64,000 nucleotides of DNA, taken from the IMG/VR virus record IMGVR_UViG_3300048997_000225, positions 68,504-132,503 of that record; one strand, 5' to 3'. The notes under the pieces were generated by a model. That model was given only the letters and a program-made list of their open reading frames with translations, made no database searches and was not told the DNA's origin. This DNA is from a virus. A program made the translations under genes and the position numbers. Positions 43,309-53,558 of this stretch are shown in pieces (position 1 is the first letter of the stretch; every line of letters begins with the position of its first letter).

Positions 43309-43821
43309 TTATTCCTTAGTGTGATGACCTTTACCACGAGCATCAATCATATATGTATGATTATCGCTCTGATCTCCATAGAGCGAATGGACAGCTTTCT
43401 CAATTTGCTCGAGTGGCTTATCTAAATCTTGGACCGTATCCACTTCCGCAAAAATCCCGGCAATAGTTTTAATAGCGGAAGCCACTTTGGGCCGCATCGC
43501 AACATTTTGTGGACGAGACGCCACAGCCCAAGCCTTCTCGAGGCTCGACAAAATCGTATAAATTCTCCGGTAATTGGCCGCTGGAATAGCTGAAGCCGCT
43601 TTAAGCTTCTTGATTTGATCGCCAATGAAAGCCGCGTCATCTTTCATTGACTGCGCACCCCAAGGACTATTTTTATCTTCCCTCGCCTGCTCGTTGAGCA
43701 AAGACACCTGAGATTGTAACTCAGCTACCGTCCTATCAATAGCTTCGCCTTGCGGATCCGTTTCGGCAAGTCGGCGAGAAGTTGCAAGAACATGATTGAC
43801 TGCGGTTTCTGTGCTGCTCAT
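43309..43821 (-). CDS. Helical hypothetical protein, possible virion component
   Basis: 170 aa, GAGGA SD. Confidence 0.65.
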   Translation of the reverse strand: MSSTETAVNHVLATSRRLAETDPQGEAIDRTVAELQSQVSLLNEQAREDKNSPWGAQSMKDDAAFIGDQIKKLKAASAIPAANYRRIYTILSSLEKAWAVASRPQNVAMRPKVASAIKTIAGIFAEVDTVQDLDKPLEQIEKAVHSLYGDQSDNHTYMIDARGKGHHTKE

Positions 43822-43859
43822 TCTAATAGTCCTCTTAAATGCGTGTGGGCATCAATAGT

Positions 43860-45359
43860 CTATGAATTCGGTTGTTCCAAATCTGATGTATATTTGGAAT
43901 GATGTTGCCGGGCCCGTTTGCCGATTTTATAATTACGAATTTCTTGTTCGGCAGCGGTCGTTAAATCGTCAGCAGTAACCACTGCTTGGCCGTTTTGGAC
44001 TCTGCCTGCAGCCGCCGATTTTATGACCGCGGACTCGGCCAGTTTCTTGATATAATCACCAGTGAATCCGGCGCACAAATCAATAACGGTCTTGACGGAT
44101 TCGCGAGTCATTGAAGCATCACACTTTACATTCAATGCTGTGAGAAAAGCTTGCAGCATCAAACTGCGATCGTCCGCATCAGGATATGGAATTTCAACTT
44201 TAACACTAAATCTGCCAGGCCGAGCGACCAAGGCTTCGTCCATCGATTCCAAGTCATTGGTTGAAGCCATCACAACAATTCCGGAATTGGACTGCGCACC
44301 ATCCAGTTGCGCCAAAAATTCGTTCAACACCGAACTGTCGCGCCCGGCGGTCGTTCGTTCGCCACCAAATAAATCCATGTCTTCAATGAAGATGAGACAT
44401 GGAGCCAGACCACGAGCCGCTTCGAACAAAGCTGTCACATGGTCTGGATATACAATAGATTTACCAGTACACCAAATCCGAGTAGCTTGCCCATTGACCT
44501 CATTGGAGGTTGCCCGAAAAATAGTAGTTTTAGCCATTCCAGGTGGCGAAATCAACATAACATTCCGATTAGGACACATTCCAACCGATGCTAAGGATTC
44601 CATATTCTGAAGGATTCCAACAGAATTGTTCCTGATTTGAAGTTTGATATCATCTTTTAAGATGATATCATTCCAAGACGTTGGAATGATACCGAAAAAT
44701 CCTAAATTCCCCTTATTGAACATCAAACATTTTTGAAAATAAATATCATTCTCTCGCAATGAAGTCTGATAATCTTGGAAGAATCGTTCGGCCTCCACTA
44801 AATCTTCCGGCCGTGACATAATTTGAATGCTGCAGTTACTATCATAATAACAAAAATCAAAGCGCATTATGAAACGGCAGCCAGTAACTCGATGCTGAAC
44901 GAAAAACGTACCTGAAACAGGCAAAGAAACTGATTGATTTAGACTTATCTCAATAGATTCAGATTGAATACGAAATTGTTGTCCACTTTTTACATATTCT
45001 TTATATTCATAGGTATCGATGAATGGAATAATATCATATGGAGATTCAGGAACGTAATGACTAAATAACCGAGAAAATGCCCAGGCATTTAAACTCTTAG
45101 CATAAGCCGGGTATGATCGGGACAGATTTGAACATAGATGAATTTCACAACCTAGCCATAGTTCTTTGATATGGGTATCAAAGTCCCCAGGCATAGGTTT
45201 GCTCTTAAGCCGGCTACTCTCTATTCGTTCATCGATCTTTGCGAAATAAGAATCAATGAGATAATTAAACGCCGAAGCTAATGGCCTGGATATTCCATAT
45301 CCAGTTTCAGGAAGAGAATTAAGATAAGATGAGATTTTGGTGGTTAGGCCGGTGCCCAT
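43860..45359 (-). CDS. AAA+ ATPase, classic clade, single AAA module
   Basis: Walker A variant SPPGMAKT, Walker B LIFIEDMD, SRH 'STNDLESMDEALVARPGRF', lid 'GFTGDYI'. Confidence 0.9.
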   Translation of the reverse strand: MGTGLTTKISSYLNSLPETGYGISRPLASAFNYLIDSYFAKIDERIESSRLKSKPMPGDFDTHIKELWLGCEIHLCSNLSRSYPAYAKSLNAWAFSRLFSHYVPESPYDIIPFIDTYEYKEYVKSGQQFRIQSESIEISLNQSVSLPVSGTFFVQHRVTGCRFIMRFDFCYYDSNCSIQIMSRPEDLVEAERFFQDYQTSLRENDIYFQKCLMFNKGNLGFFGIIPTSWNDIILKDDIKLQIRNNSVGILQNMESLASVGMCPNRNVMLISPPGMAKTTIFRATSNEVNGQATRIWCTGKSIVYPDHVTALFEAARGLAPCLIFIEDMDLFGGERTTAGRDSSVLNEFLAQLDGAQSNSGIVVMASTNDLESMDEALVARPGRFSVKVEIPYPDADDRSLMLQAFLTALNVKCDASMTRESVKTVIDLCAGFTGDYIKKLAESAVIKSAAAGRVQNGQAVVTADDLTTAAEQEIRNYKIGKRARQHHSKYTSDLEQPNS

Positions 45360-45431
45360 GTTAACCCTTCATCAAAGGAAGTTTAAAAATCCGAACGAAA
45401 ATCCAATAGGGACGTACGTAGGGGATAATTA

Positions 45432-45755
45432 ATGGATCATCGACATAAACTCAAATGTAAATTTCTGCGTCTAAAAATATCCAATACGTTACGAGAAATC
45501 ATAACAATCATACCGATTCATAATTTGGTTGAATATCAGAATGTTGGATATGTATATTCAGGGACAGGCACATATAGAGACGGATGTGGTAAGTTCCCAG
45601 CTTCAGTCAAAGTTTTGATAAAAGAAAATGATATTATGTTCCAAATGATATCTGAATCCGGCAGATTATCATTCTCGCATCGGCTCAATACTGATGAAGA
45701 CAAACAAGCTCTCTTGGAGTCTATTCATAGAATAAATTCCCGATTATTGAACTAA
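45432..45755 (+). CDS. Hypothetical protein
   Basis: 107 aa, GGGG SD-like sequence upstream. Confidence 0.5.
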   Translation: MDHRHKLKCKFLRLKISNTLREIITIIPIHNLVEYQNVGYVYSGTGTYRDGCGKFPASVKVLIKENDIMFQMISESGRLSFSHRLNTDEDKQALLESIHRINSRLLN

Positions 45756-46855
45756 AATTGTCTATCGATTTGAATCCCAATATAAGCTATGGCAACACCG
45801 TTGGATGTTCCAGCGCTCAACAAAACTTCATAGACTTTGGAAGCAGTAGGTAATATTACCGGGCCAGATGATATTTTGGCAATAGTATTACCACCGATTC
45901 CGATGGAAGCTACTATGACTCCGCCGTCGGATACGTTCCGGATGACAGCTAAACCAGTTCCAGCGCTTTCACGCCTACCAATAACAACGAATGATGTGTT
46001 TAAAACTGCGCCGGAAAATTGATAATCAAGCGGATTATATGCTTGCGCGCCAATGATATATGGTCCGGTTCCAGCAGGAATCGTGACTCCAGCAGCGCGC
46101 AATGGCAAATCAGATCGGAACAGTTGGCCCGATCTGAATCCAGGACCTGCTGGACCAATCGCTCCAATTGGTCCAGTATTTCCTTTAGGTCCTGTTGTAC
46201 CGACGCCACCCGTAGGACCGGTCGGACCAGCAGGCCCGGTAGGTCCACCACCAAGAGGCCCGGTAGGTCCAAGAGGCCCTGGAAGACCCGTCGAACCTCT
46301 AGGACCGGTTGGACCGGCTGGTCCGGTTAGACCAATTGGGCCTATAGGACCAGTAAATCCTGGAGATCCTTGAGGCCCTTGCGTACCCGTAGGACCCAAA
46401 GGACCGGTTAATCCCCGTGGACCAGTGGGTCCTGTTGGCCCAACCGGTCCACCTGCAGGTCCAGTTGGTCCAGCAGGCCCTTGAGATCCTGGGACTCCAG
46501 GAGGTCCTTGGAAACCTCCCTGTCCATCTGGTCCTCGTACGCCTTGCGGACCAGCCGGACCAACAAATTGATTAACTTGCGGGTCCTTAGTTCCAGCTTT
46601 CAACAACCGAATATTGAAAGAATAAGCAAAAATATGAGTAAATGGTTGAGTAACAGCAGCCATAGTAATTTGGCTGATAACCCATTCGTCCGGATGCAGT
46701 TCTAATGTAGAAAATATCTGGGAAAATATCTCAGGTTGATTCAAATAGACAATCGGATTAGGAAGAATAATGTCAGTATTAACTAAAACATAAGCATTGA
46801 TAATATTACTGACGTTAGATGCCAGTTTTTCAACACCGACTGTCGTTGCAGGCAT
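45752..46855 (-). CDS. Collagen-like protein (head or tail fibre/whisker)
   Basis: Central Gly-X-Y tract between globular N- and C-terminal domains. Confidence 0.8.
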   Translation of the reverse strand: MPATTVGVEKLASNVSNIINAYVLVNTDIILPNPIVYLNQPEIFSQIFSTLELHPDEWVISQITMAAVTQPFTHIFAYSFNIRLLKAGTKDPQVNQFVGPAGPQGVRGPDGQGGFQGPPGVPGSQGPAGPTGPAGGPVGPTGPTGPRGLTGPLGPTGTQGPQGSPGFTGPIGPIGLTGPAGPTGPRGSTGLPGPLGPTGPLGGGPTGPAGPTGPTGGVGTTGPKGNTGPIGAIGPAGPGFRSGQLFRSDLPLRAAGVTIPAGTGPYIIGAQAYNPLDYQFSGAVLNTSFVVIGRRESAGTGLAVIRNVSDGGVIVASIGIGGNTIAKISSGPVILPTASKVYEVLLSAGTSNGVAIAYIGIQIDRQF

Positions 46856-46873
46856 GACAGACCATACAGTTTA

Positions 46874-47251
46874 TTAAAGGCGCCGCGATACCATTAAACA
46901 TCCGTGAGACATTCCAAATTGAATGGAATTTATAGTCGCGGATATTTCTAGGAGTTCTTTCTCTAAATCGAGAATGTCTTGAGAATGATTAACAATAAGT
47001 GATCTCAATCCATTTCGAGCGGATTTATCAATTTCACGAACAAATTCCAATTCTTGCCTCCAACATATGTCTGCAAGAACAGCTAACTGCTCAATAATAT
47101 TATTACGTCTCGAGTCCCATTCATCAAGTCTTATATGTTCATCGCATTGTGGATAGTCACACACCCAAGCCACGTCGCCACAATAAGAACACCATTTCAG
47201 GCATCCATGACATTTGTGTTGTCCAGGACATTCTTCCGAGTCTGAAGTCAT
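46874..47251 (-). CDS. Cys/His-rich hypothetical protein
   Basis: CPGQHKCHGCLKWCSYCGD...CDYPQCDEH followed by a coiled coil. Confidence 0.65.
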   Translation of the reverse strand: MTSDSEECPGQHKCHGCLKWCSYCGDVAWVCDYPQCDEHIRLDEWDSRRNNIIEQLAVLADICWRQELEFVREIDKSARNGLRSLIVNHSQDILDLEKELLEISATINSIQFGMSHGCLMVSRRL

Positions 47252-47793
47252 GATTCCATGACTTCGTTTATTACTTTTTTATTTATAACATCTTGCCAGA
47301 CAGCAACTACGTCTTGCTTCCTCAAATATTTAGCCCATACCTGAATTATCCGACGAAGTTCCCCCTTGGCTCGATTCCGATTTTGTTGAATATTCTTAGA
47401 TTTTAGTCGTTTAGCAATAGCCGGCTTATTTACATAACTACGTGCTGCTGCTGCAATTTGTTTTTGAATGAGAGCAGCAACTTCCCAATACAGGTGTTGG
47501 AATTTATCATTCTCAATAATTTTATTGGACTTGGTGCGATGCAGTCCGAGTTTCTTTTCACCACCGAGAAACTTAACGATTTCTCGGTGAATATCAGAAG
47601 TATATTGACGCTTAAAATCTTCCATATGATTGAAGTTAAGTGAATAAATTTGCCGAGTTCGAGTCCTCCCGTCAAGTTCAAATGTAATCTTTACAATTAA
47701 ACTATCTTGGGATCTAGATCGCATTCGGAATTCAATATTTGAAACTTGAAGTCGAGACGTAAGATATTTAAGTTCTGTGGTGCTCAGTGCCAT
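47248..47793 (-). CDS. Basic hypothetical protein ending in the shared C-terminal motif
   Basis: 181 aa; ends KKVINEVMES*. Confidence 0.65.
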   Translation of the reverse strand: MALSTTELKYLTSRLQVSNIEFRMRSRSQDSLIVKITFELDGRTRTRQIYSLNFNHMEDFKRQYTSDIHREIVKFLGGEKKLGLHRTKSNKIIENDKFQHLYWEVAALIQKQIAAAARSYVNKPAIAKRLKSKNIQQNRNRAKGELRRIIQVWAKYLRKQDVVAVWQDVINKKVINEVMES

Positions 47794-47832
47794 ATTTATT
47801 TTAGATATACACTAAGAAGAATCAGATTTTCG

Positions 47833-48087
47833 TTATTCTTCCATAATATCTTGGATTTGTTTATAATCGCACGTAAATTTTGGTTCTTTGAAATTTATGG
47901 ATTCTTGACCACAGCGAACACATCTTCTAAGGTTTTCTATATCAACCCAGTCAGTAATAAATTGGATGTATATCGTGACTTGCGAGCCATCTTTATCAAG
48001 AAATGTTGAATTAGATTCGGAATCCTTAGATAATTCAACATTTTCCCATTGATGTTGGTTATCATTGACTGAATGGGATGCTTTCAT
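47833..48087 (-). CDS. Small protein ending in the shared C-terminal motif
   Basis: HQW...RRCVRCG; ends CDYKQIQDIMEE*. Confidence 0.6.
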   Translation of the reverse strand: MKASHSVNDNQHQWENVELSKDSESNSTFLDKDGSQVTIYIQFITDWVDIENLRRCVRCGQESINFKEPKFTCDYKQIQDIMEE

Positions 48088-48409
48088 ATTCTTGAATTAT
48101 TTTACCTGCTTCATATAAAACTTCCAAAGTGGCTTGCTTACCTTTAAACCAACAACCTACGCGGGCTGTCATAGCTACGTCTTCCAGTCCATTGCGAATA
48201 ACGACAAAATCTTTCAAACAGCCGTCATCAAACCAACCACTAATAGTTAAATCGGTATTAGGAATAATGTAGACTATATCTGGCCGTGGGAAATATTCTA
48301 AAGATTCGAATATAGATATAATTAAACATGCACGAGATTCGGCAGCTAATCTTTCATCAGATGAGATATTATATATTATTGGGAGTGATAGTCCAGACAT
48401 CATAAACAC
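48062..48409 (-). CDS. Hypothetical protein
   Basis: 115 aa, co-oriented and overlapping the next gene. Confidence 0.55.
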   Translation of the reverse strand: MFMMSGLSLPIIYNISSDERLAAESRACLIISIFESLEYFPRPDIVYIIPNTDLTISGWFDDGCLKDFVVIRNGLEDVAMTARVGCWFKGKQATLEVLYEAGKIIQEYESIPFSQ

Positions 48410-48415
48410 TATACG

Positions 48416-48453
48416 GGGATTAGATATTATGGGATCCCATAATATCTAATCCC
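48416..48453. repeat. Perfect 38-bp palindrome
   Basis: gggattagatattatggga|tcccataatatctaatccc. Confidence 0.95.
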
Positions 48454-48462
48454 ACGATAATT

Positions 48463-48804
48463 TCACTCGCCGACTGACTCGGCTATAATAGTAATACGTG
48501 CAACTCGGCCATTAAAATCAGGGCGTTTACTAGCCACATGTTCAATAGCTTTAGAAACTGTCGCTATATCGAATTTCCCTTTGAAACTGATTTTTGCCGG
48601 AGCAACTGGATCAGCAGCCAATGTTGTATTGCCAACTACAGACATAATCCGCGATTGTGCTTGTTCGTTACCTTCAAGAGCATCCATAGCACATTTCAGA
48701 TCTGCCGCAACCATCTTCCGAACAGGTTGCTTGGACTTATCAATCCCAGTAGCTATAGCTAACAGGAATGATGCGACATGACTAGGCGAAAATTTATTAT
48801 CCAT
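48463..48804 (-). CDS. Hypothetical protein, possible virion component
   Basis: 113 aa, GAGGT SD, amphipathic N-terminus. Confidence 0.65.
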   Translation of the reverse strand: MDNKFSPSHVASFLLAIATGIDKSKQPVRKMVAADLKCAMDALEGNEQAQSRIMSVVGNTTLAADPVAPAKISFKGKFDIATVSKAIEHVASKRPDFNGRVARITIIAESVGE

Positions 48805-48848
48805 TGGGTACCTCGAAAATTTGGTATGTAGACTAATATTTATGTTAC

Positions 48849-49571
48849 ATGAAAAGTTTGATAATTATGATAACATCGTTGTTAGTTGGATGCGCCACCA
48901 GCGCATATCCTCTATCGCCAAATGTTGTACAATCCAATTCATCGATCGTAATAATACCGCCATCCCCAATAAATATCATAGTAATATTGGATAGAAATGA
49001 TATTGAAAATTCAATTCGATATAAAGATCATGATGAATCCAGCTTATTGAATCAAGCGTTCCCTAATCGAATGTTGGACCCTGCAGAATGTGATATTGAT
49101 GACTCCAGTTCCATGCGAGTGTTACCGGAATTTATCAATATGATCCATGGATCGTTCATGAATGGTCGTGCTACTAAAGTTTATACAGCAATTGTCCATA
49201 ATTGTGAATCAATTAAACAAAATATTGTTGGCGTCTGGGTAGCAGTGTTTGTTAATGACAATAACGAAGTATTAAATAAATCAACGCTTCCAGCGCCAGC
49301 CATACGAGCGGTGACAATCGATACTGAGAGCGGTGATGATTATATAATTGCCACCAGCATGAATTGCATGTCTGGAACGTGTTCGGCCGATGCTTGGTTG
49401 TTAAGGTTAGAATATAACGAATTGACGATTCGATTGTTTAAACCTCATGTTTATTCATCGGATTGTGGAAAAACTAATGGAAAAATTGTGTGGACATCTA
49501 TTCATTATAAAATTCAAAACCAAGAACTTAATATAGAAGAAAAAATTAATTCTGGATCATGCAAACATTAA
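48849..49571 (+). CDS. Predicted lipoprotein
   Basis: MKSLIIMITSLLVGC lipobox; paired Cys. Confidence 0.7.
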   Translation: MKSLIIMITSLLVGCATSAYPLSPNVVQSNSSIVIIPPSPINIIVILDRNDIENSIRYKDHDESSLLNQAFPNRMLDPAECDIDDSSSMRVLPEFINMIHGSFMNGRATKVYTAIVHNCESIKQNIVGVWVAVFVNDNNEVLNKSTLPAPAIRAVTIDTESGDDYIIATSMNCMSGTCSADAWLLRLEYNELTIRLFKPHVYSSDCGKTNGKIVWTSIHYKIQNQELNIEEKINSGSCKH

Positions 49572-50443
49572 TGAATATCTGCGCAACAGCGAGTCCCAGT
49601 CACATATAAATGATCGTCAGGAGGATGAGTTTTGGTCATCGGACGACATTGATTCCGAGCACTCTTTACCCAATGTCCGCCTTTTAAAATACTAATCTTT
49701 CGACTAGATGAACGAACCCATTCATTACGAACCCATTCATCAGCATTGGCTACTAAATCATGGACTCCAAATACTGATGAACATGATTCAAAAGCGCCGG
49801 ACGCAACGCTCTGATCAACTTCTGATATAGGTCTATTACCAATAGCTAACTTAGTTCCAGGCCTCATATACCAAGGATTTATCCATTGGTGGCCTGAATT
49901 ACAAGCATTGAAATCACGATGATATCCATCACCGTATGAATACGGATGCATATTCTCGCCTTCACAAGCGAATGTCCATTCGGATTCAGTACATAATCGC
50001 TTCCCAATACCTTCACAGACTGCTTTAGATTGATTCCAACTCATATCTAAAGCAGGCTTCTGGCCTTTCCGATTGGGCCATTCATATATATCAATGCAAA
50101 AATGCTTACTGTGTTTAGTTGAGCTCAAACACTGGCTTGGATAAAATTCAGCACACATACGACATTGGCTACGCCAAGGTGGAGGTCCCTTTTTCCCGGC
50201 GTCCAAACAAGATAAACAAATTTGGTGAACTAATGGACAATATAATCCTTGGATTTCTACCATGTCTATTGGACAAGATGTAGAACGTTCAATCGGTAAA
50301 GAATCTAATGATATTGCCGATTCTGGTTCAGCAATAATAGTAACTGCGTCCAGCATTGCTATAGAATGGCGTTGGGAATTATCATCATTCTGACATCCAA
50401 TCAATAACAAACAAACAATGAGTCCAATTTTATGCTGTGGCAT
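49568..50443 (-). CDS. FGE-sulfatase (SUMF1/EgtB/PvdO)-like exported or lipo-protein
   Basis: Signal/lipobox LLIGC; 'CPIDMVEI', 'FCIDIYEWP', 'GKRLCTESEWTFACEG', 'FGVHDLVANADEWV', 'KGGHW', 'GTRCC'. Confidence 0.85.
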   Translation of the reverse strand: MPQHKIGLIVCLLLIGCQNDDNSQRHSIAMLDAVTIIAEPESAISLDSLPIERSTSCPIDMVEIQGLYCPLVHQICLSCLDAGKKGPPPWRSQCRMCAEFYPSQCLSSTKHSKHFCIDIYEWPNRKGQKPALDMSWNQSKAVCEGIGKRLCTESEWTFACEGENMHPYSYGDGYHRDFNACNSGHQWINPWYMRPGTKLAIGNRPISEVDQSVASGAFESCSSVFGVHDLVANADEWVRNEWVRSSSRKISILKGGHWVKSARNQCRPMTKTHPPDDHLYVTGTRCCADIH

Positions 50444-50472
50444 ATGAAATACCTCAACATAATTTTACCGAT

Positions 50473-50883
50473 TCATTGTGGGACTTTTATATATCGAGTT
50501 GGAATATTCAATGCTTGAGCTTTTCGAGCACAATCATAAGTTCCAATACTTCTAGGCCCTGGAAATGCTAAACATTGGATTGCGCAGTCCAGTTCTTGGG
50601 CTTCAACATGAGCTGCTTGAACCATTTCGGAATTGCGAATAGGGCCCGCTCTATCACCAAATAAGTTCCATCGAGCAGCATGTCTTCGCTGAATCCAGCT
50701 GCCATGCTTATTTACAAAATCATAAGCATGAGTATCCACTCCAGCTAAATTATCGCCATGATATAAAATGACCATGCGATTTATGTATTCAGACAGTATC
50801 ATTATTACAGGTTCCGGATCCACTAAATATCTAGAACCTGTAATAATGATTACTAATTTATCGGAACTAAATTCTGATTTCAA
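50473..50883 (-). CDS. SLOG-superfamily protein (DUF2493 / YspA-like)
   Basis: 'IIITGSR...HGD..GVD...W...GDRAGPIRNSEMV...LAFPG..SIGT'. Confidence 0.8.
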   Translation of the reverse strand: MKSEFSSDKLVIIITGSRYLVDPEPVIMILSEYINRMVILYHGDNLAGVDTHAYDFVNKHGSWIQRRHAARWNLFGDRAGPIRNSEMVQAAHVEAQELDCAIQCLAFPGPRSIGTYDCARKAQALNIPTRYIKVPQ

Positions 50884-53251
50884 CTTCTTTAGGTGTCACA
50901 GTACCAATAATTTTCTGGCCATCCAATTGAAGTTCCATAGAGTTTTCTTCAATAGATTGGAATTCACTGAACCAAACTTGACCGACAATGATTGCAAATT
51001 TGATTTGAGCCTGCTCGAACAAAAGCCTGCGAACAACATTCTTAGCATTTTCCTGTTGTGCTTTGAGCCAAGTTCCGAAGGTTTGAACAGGATCGGGAGA
51101 AGTTAAATAAATAGGGCTTACCAAAAAATCTTCAACAGCTTGAATAGAAGGAACCATGAGCGAGGCCGCTGGCGTGAGCTTACCTTTCACCATGCGATCT
51201 TTTACATCCTTCAATGAAGGCAAAGAAGAAAATCCTTTCAAAGCCACATGGAGTTCCTTCCCAAGATAAAAGTCCTTAGATTCAGCTTGAACAGTCTTAG
51301 GACTGAATCCGGAATAATCAGTCAGGCCTTGTTCTTTTAGCCAAGCGGAAGCTGCTTCTCCATATTGAGCTGTAAATCCTACGCTCTCGCGTGGGAAATG
51401 TTCTTTTTGATAAGAATTATATACTTTTTGAGCCGCTCGAGCTTTGCATAATTCATATTCCGTTATGAACAATTCTCGAGCACTGACGGACTGCACCATC
51501 TTCCGGTTTACGACGGGAAGATTACGAAGGTTCAATAACGAGACTCCTTCCGAGTCTTCAGACAACGTACCGGCAGGAAGATTCTCCTTATACAACATTC
51601 CTAACGTAGCATCAGATAGTTTAACTGGTAACACATCAATATTCACTAAACCATCTCGAACAATGGCATAATTTCGATAAATAAATGTTTCGAATTCAAC
51701 AGGAACCTTTGGAGTATCATTCGTAAGCCGCTCAGACAAATCAACAGATCCGAGCTTTTTCACTAATACAGAGATATTCGGCCGGTCTTCATTAAATACT
51801 AAATGAGAAATGGAGTATCCATCAGTTGCTGGTTTAGGCTTGAATATCAAGCCCGGGACTTTTTTGGCAGTCATATTGGCAAGTTGATGTTGTAGCTCCT
51901 TGAGCTTTTTAACATCACGTTCAGCCGCGATTTGCGCAGTAAGCATTTGCAATTCTTGGACTTCATCCGTGTTCAAACGTTCGCCAGCATCAACCCGACC
52001 GCGTGAAATCCGGCCATATCGGAAAGCTGGATGATCCAAGAGCAAAGTGTTGTTGTCTTCGTTAGCCAAAATATCTAGCAAATCTAGAACCGTAAAGGCA
52101 TCATCAGGCGGAACTCGAGTGGGATCCCATCCTTCAATAAATCGCACGTTGGGATCCACAGCCGCGTTTTTAGCAGCCATCATGAAATCTGAATATTTTT
52201 GTTTCCCGAAGCAAGTAGAGAATTGATTTATCAATGCAACGTCGCCAAGAGCTTTCAAAAGTGGATAAACCACATCGGGCTCCATGCGAATGCTAAACAA
52301 ACTGACTGCTGCATAAATTGCCGCAATAGGATTCAGAATATCCGAACAAACATCTCCGTTAGCTTCAGTTTCAGAATAAGATTGCACAGTCCGCTGTTCT
52401 GCACCGAGCAAAGTTGGATTCAGAAAATAAACTTCAGAAAAATCTTCCGGAACACGAACTTTTCCAGAAATTATTTCAAACGTAACAAGTTCATTATCAC
52501 GAATAGCGTATACGAATTCTCCAAAAGGATCGCCCGCGATATCAAGTTCAATCTTCGGGGCACCAGAAAGCTTGCGTTGTAAAGATGATTCCAAAACCGG
52601 AGCATAGGAATCAAAATCTTCAGAAAAAATAAGTGTTCCGCCGGATTTCTCCGCCATAGCAGTCAGAAGTGGCCTGTCTGCATAATATCCATATTCAACA
52701 TAGGTCGCAGAGGCGAATTGTAAAGCCGAATTCTCTAATGCTTTTAGAATATCCGAACGCCTAGAACAATTATCGCAACCATCACTCATGAAAAATAATG
52801 AAAATAATCTATCTTTCGATTTCTTCTTTACTCTTTCTATTAATTTGCTAACTTCTTCCAAAGGTTCCTTAAAACCAGTTAAACCAATAGGTCGAAGCCA
52901 ACGATCAATAGCAAAATTCATATCTTTCAACTCAATCAAATTCGAAATCTGCTGAGATTCAACCAAAACTCCAAATTCACCTCTTCCACTAAACCAGATT
53001 ATGGATATTGTATCTTCTTCCCGAAGAATTTTCGGCAATTTGTTTTTCAGCTGTTCACGAATTCTTGGCAAATCACCGGCCATTGAACCTGAACAATCAA
53101 TAATCAAAATATGATCAACAGGATTGGCTATTGGTGGAGAAACCAATTCCTGGTTAACTTCTTGACGAACGAGGAACAATGAACTAGAAATTTGAAAAGA
53201 TGAGACAATCATTAGAACTCCCAGGTTACAATTAATTTGATAAAAATACAT
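50867..53251 (-). CDS. vWA domain protein (likely start at MIVSSF)
   Basis: MIDAS 'IIDCSGSM', 'GLTGF', 'FFMSDG'; GGGAG SD before the internal ATG. Confidence 0.8.
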   Translation of the reverse strand: MYFYQINCNLGVLMIVSSFQISSSLFLVRQEVNQELVSPPIANPVDHILIIDCSGSMAGDLPRIREQLKNKLPKILREEDTISIIWFSGRGEFGVLVESQQISNLIELKDMNFAIDRWLRPIGLTGFKEPLEEVSKLIERVKKKSKDRLFSLFFMSDGCDNCSRRSDILKALENSALQFASATYVEYGYYADRPLLTAMAEKSGGTLIFSEDFDSYAPVLESSLQRKLSGAPKIELDIAGDPFGEFVYAIRDNELVTFEIISGKVRVPEDFSEVYFLNPTLLGAEQRTVQSYSETEANGDVCSDILNPIAAIYAAVSLFSIRMEPDVVYPLLKALGDVALINQFSTCFGKQKYSDFMMAAKNAAVDPNVRFIEGWDPTRVPPDDAFTVLDLLDILANEDNNTLLLDHPAFRYGRISRGRVDAGERLNTDEVQELQMLTAQIAAERDVKKLKELQHQLANMTAKKVPGLIFKPKPATDGYSISHLVFNEDRPNISVLVKKLGSVDLSERLTNDTPKVPVEFETFIYRNYAIVRDGLVNIDVLPVKLSDATLGMLYKENLPAGTLSEDSEGVSLLNLRNLPVVNRKMVQSVSARELFITEYELCKARAAQKVYNSYQKEHFPRESVGFTAQYGEAASAWLKEQGLTDYSGFSPKTVQAESKDFYLGKELHVALKGFSSLPSLKDVKDRMVKGKLTPAASLMVPSIQAVEDFLVSPIYLTSPDPVQTFGTWLKAQQENAKNVVRRLLFEQAQIKFAIIVGQVWFSEFQSIEENSMELQLDGQKIIGTVTPKEVEIRI

Positions 53252-53279
53252 TCAAACGGATTGATTTGTATAATGATGA

Positions 53280-53558
53280 ATGATGAAGCCATTCCCGAAG
53301 CCTACATATATTGTATGGAAAGGTTTAATTCTTCGGAAAGATCGAACGTATAAATATTATGCTTGGCAGACTAGACATTTAGGGCAGACTGTACGAGTGA
53401 TTCGAGGAGCTTTCGATAACTGGGTTGGAATGATTGGTCCTTCGCACGGTATCGGGAAGACTCCTGCTATAGCTTTATCAAATGCATTCCGGAATTTAAA
53501 AACTCAAACTCAATCATATCGAAATTTAGTTTCGGATTTAAATCGAAGATTGAGTTAG
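53280..53558 (+). CDS. Small basic hypothetical protein
   Basis: 92 aa; GTATAAT just upstream. Confidence 0.6.
   Translation: MMKPFPKPTYIVWKGLILRKDRTYKYYAWQTRHLGQTVRVIRGAFDNWVGMIGPSHGIGKTPAIALSNAFRNLKTQTQSYRNLVSDLNRRLS

Noticed and set aside
44062-44610. 182-aa plus-strand ORF and similar antisense ORFs inside long genes
   Set aside because: Fully antisense to well-supported genes, with no motifs or SD.
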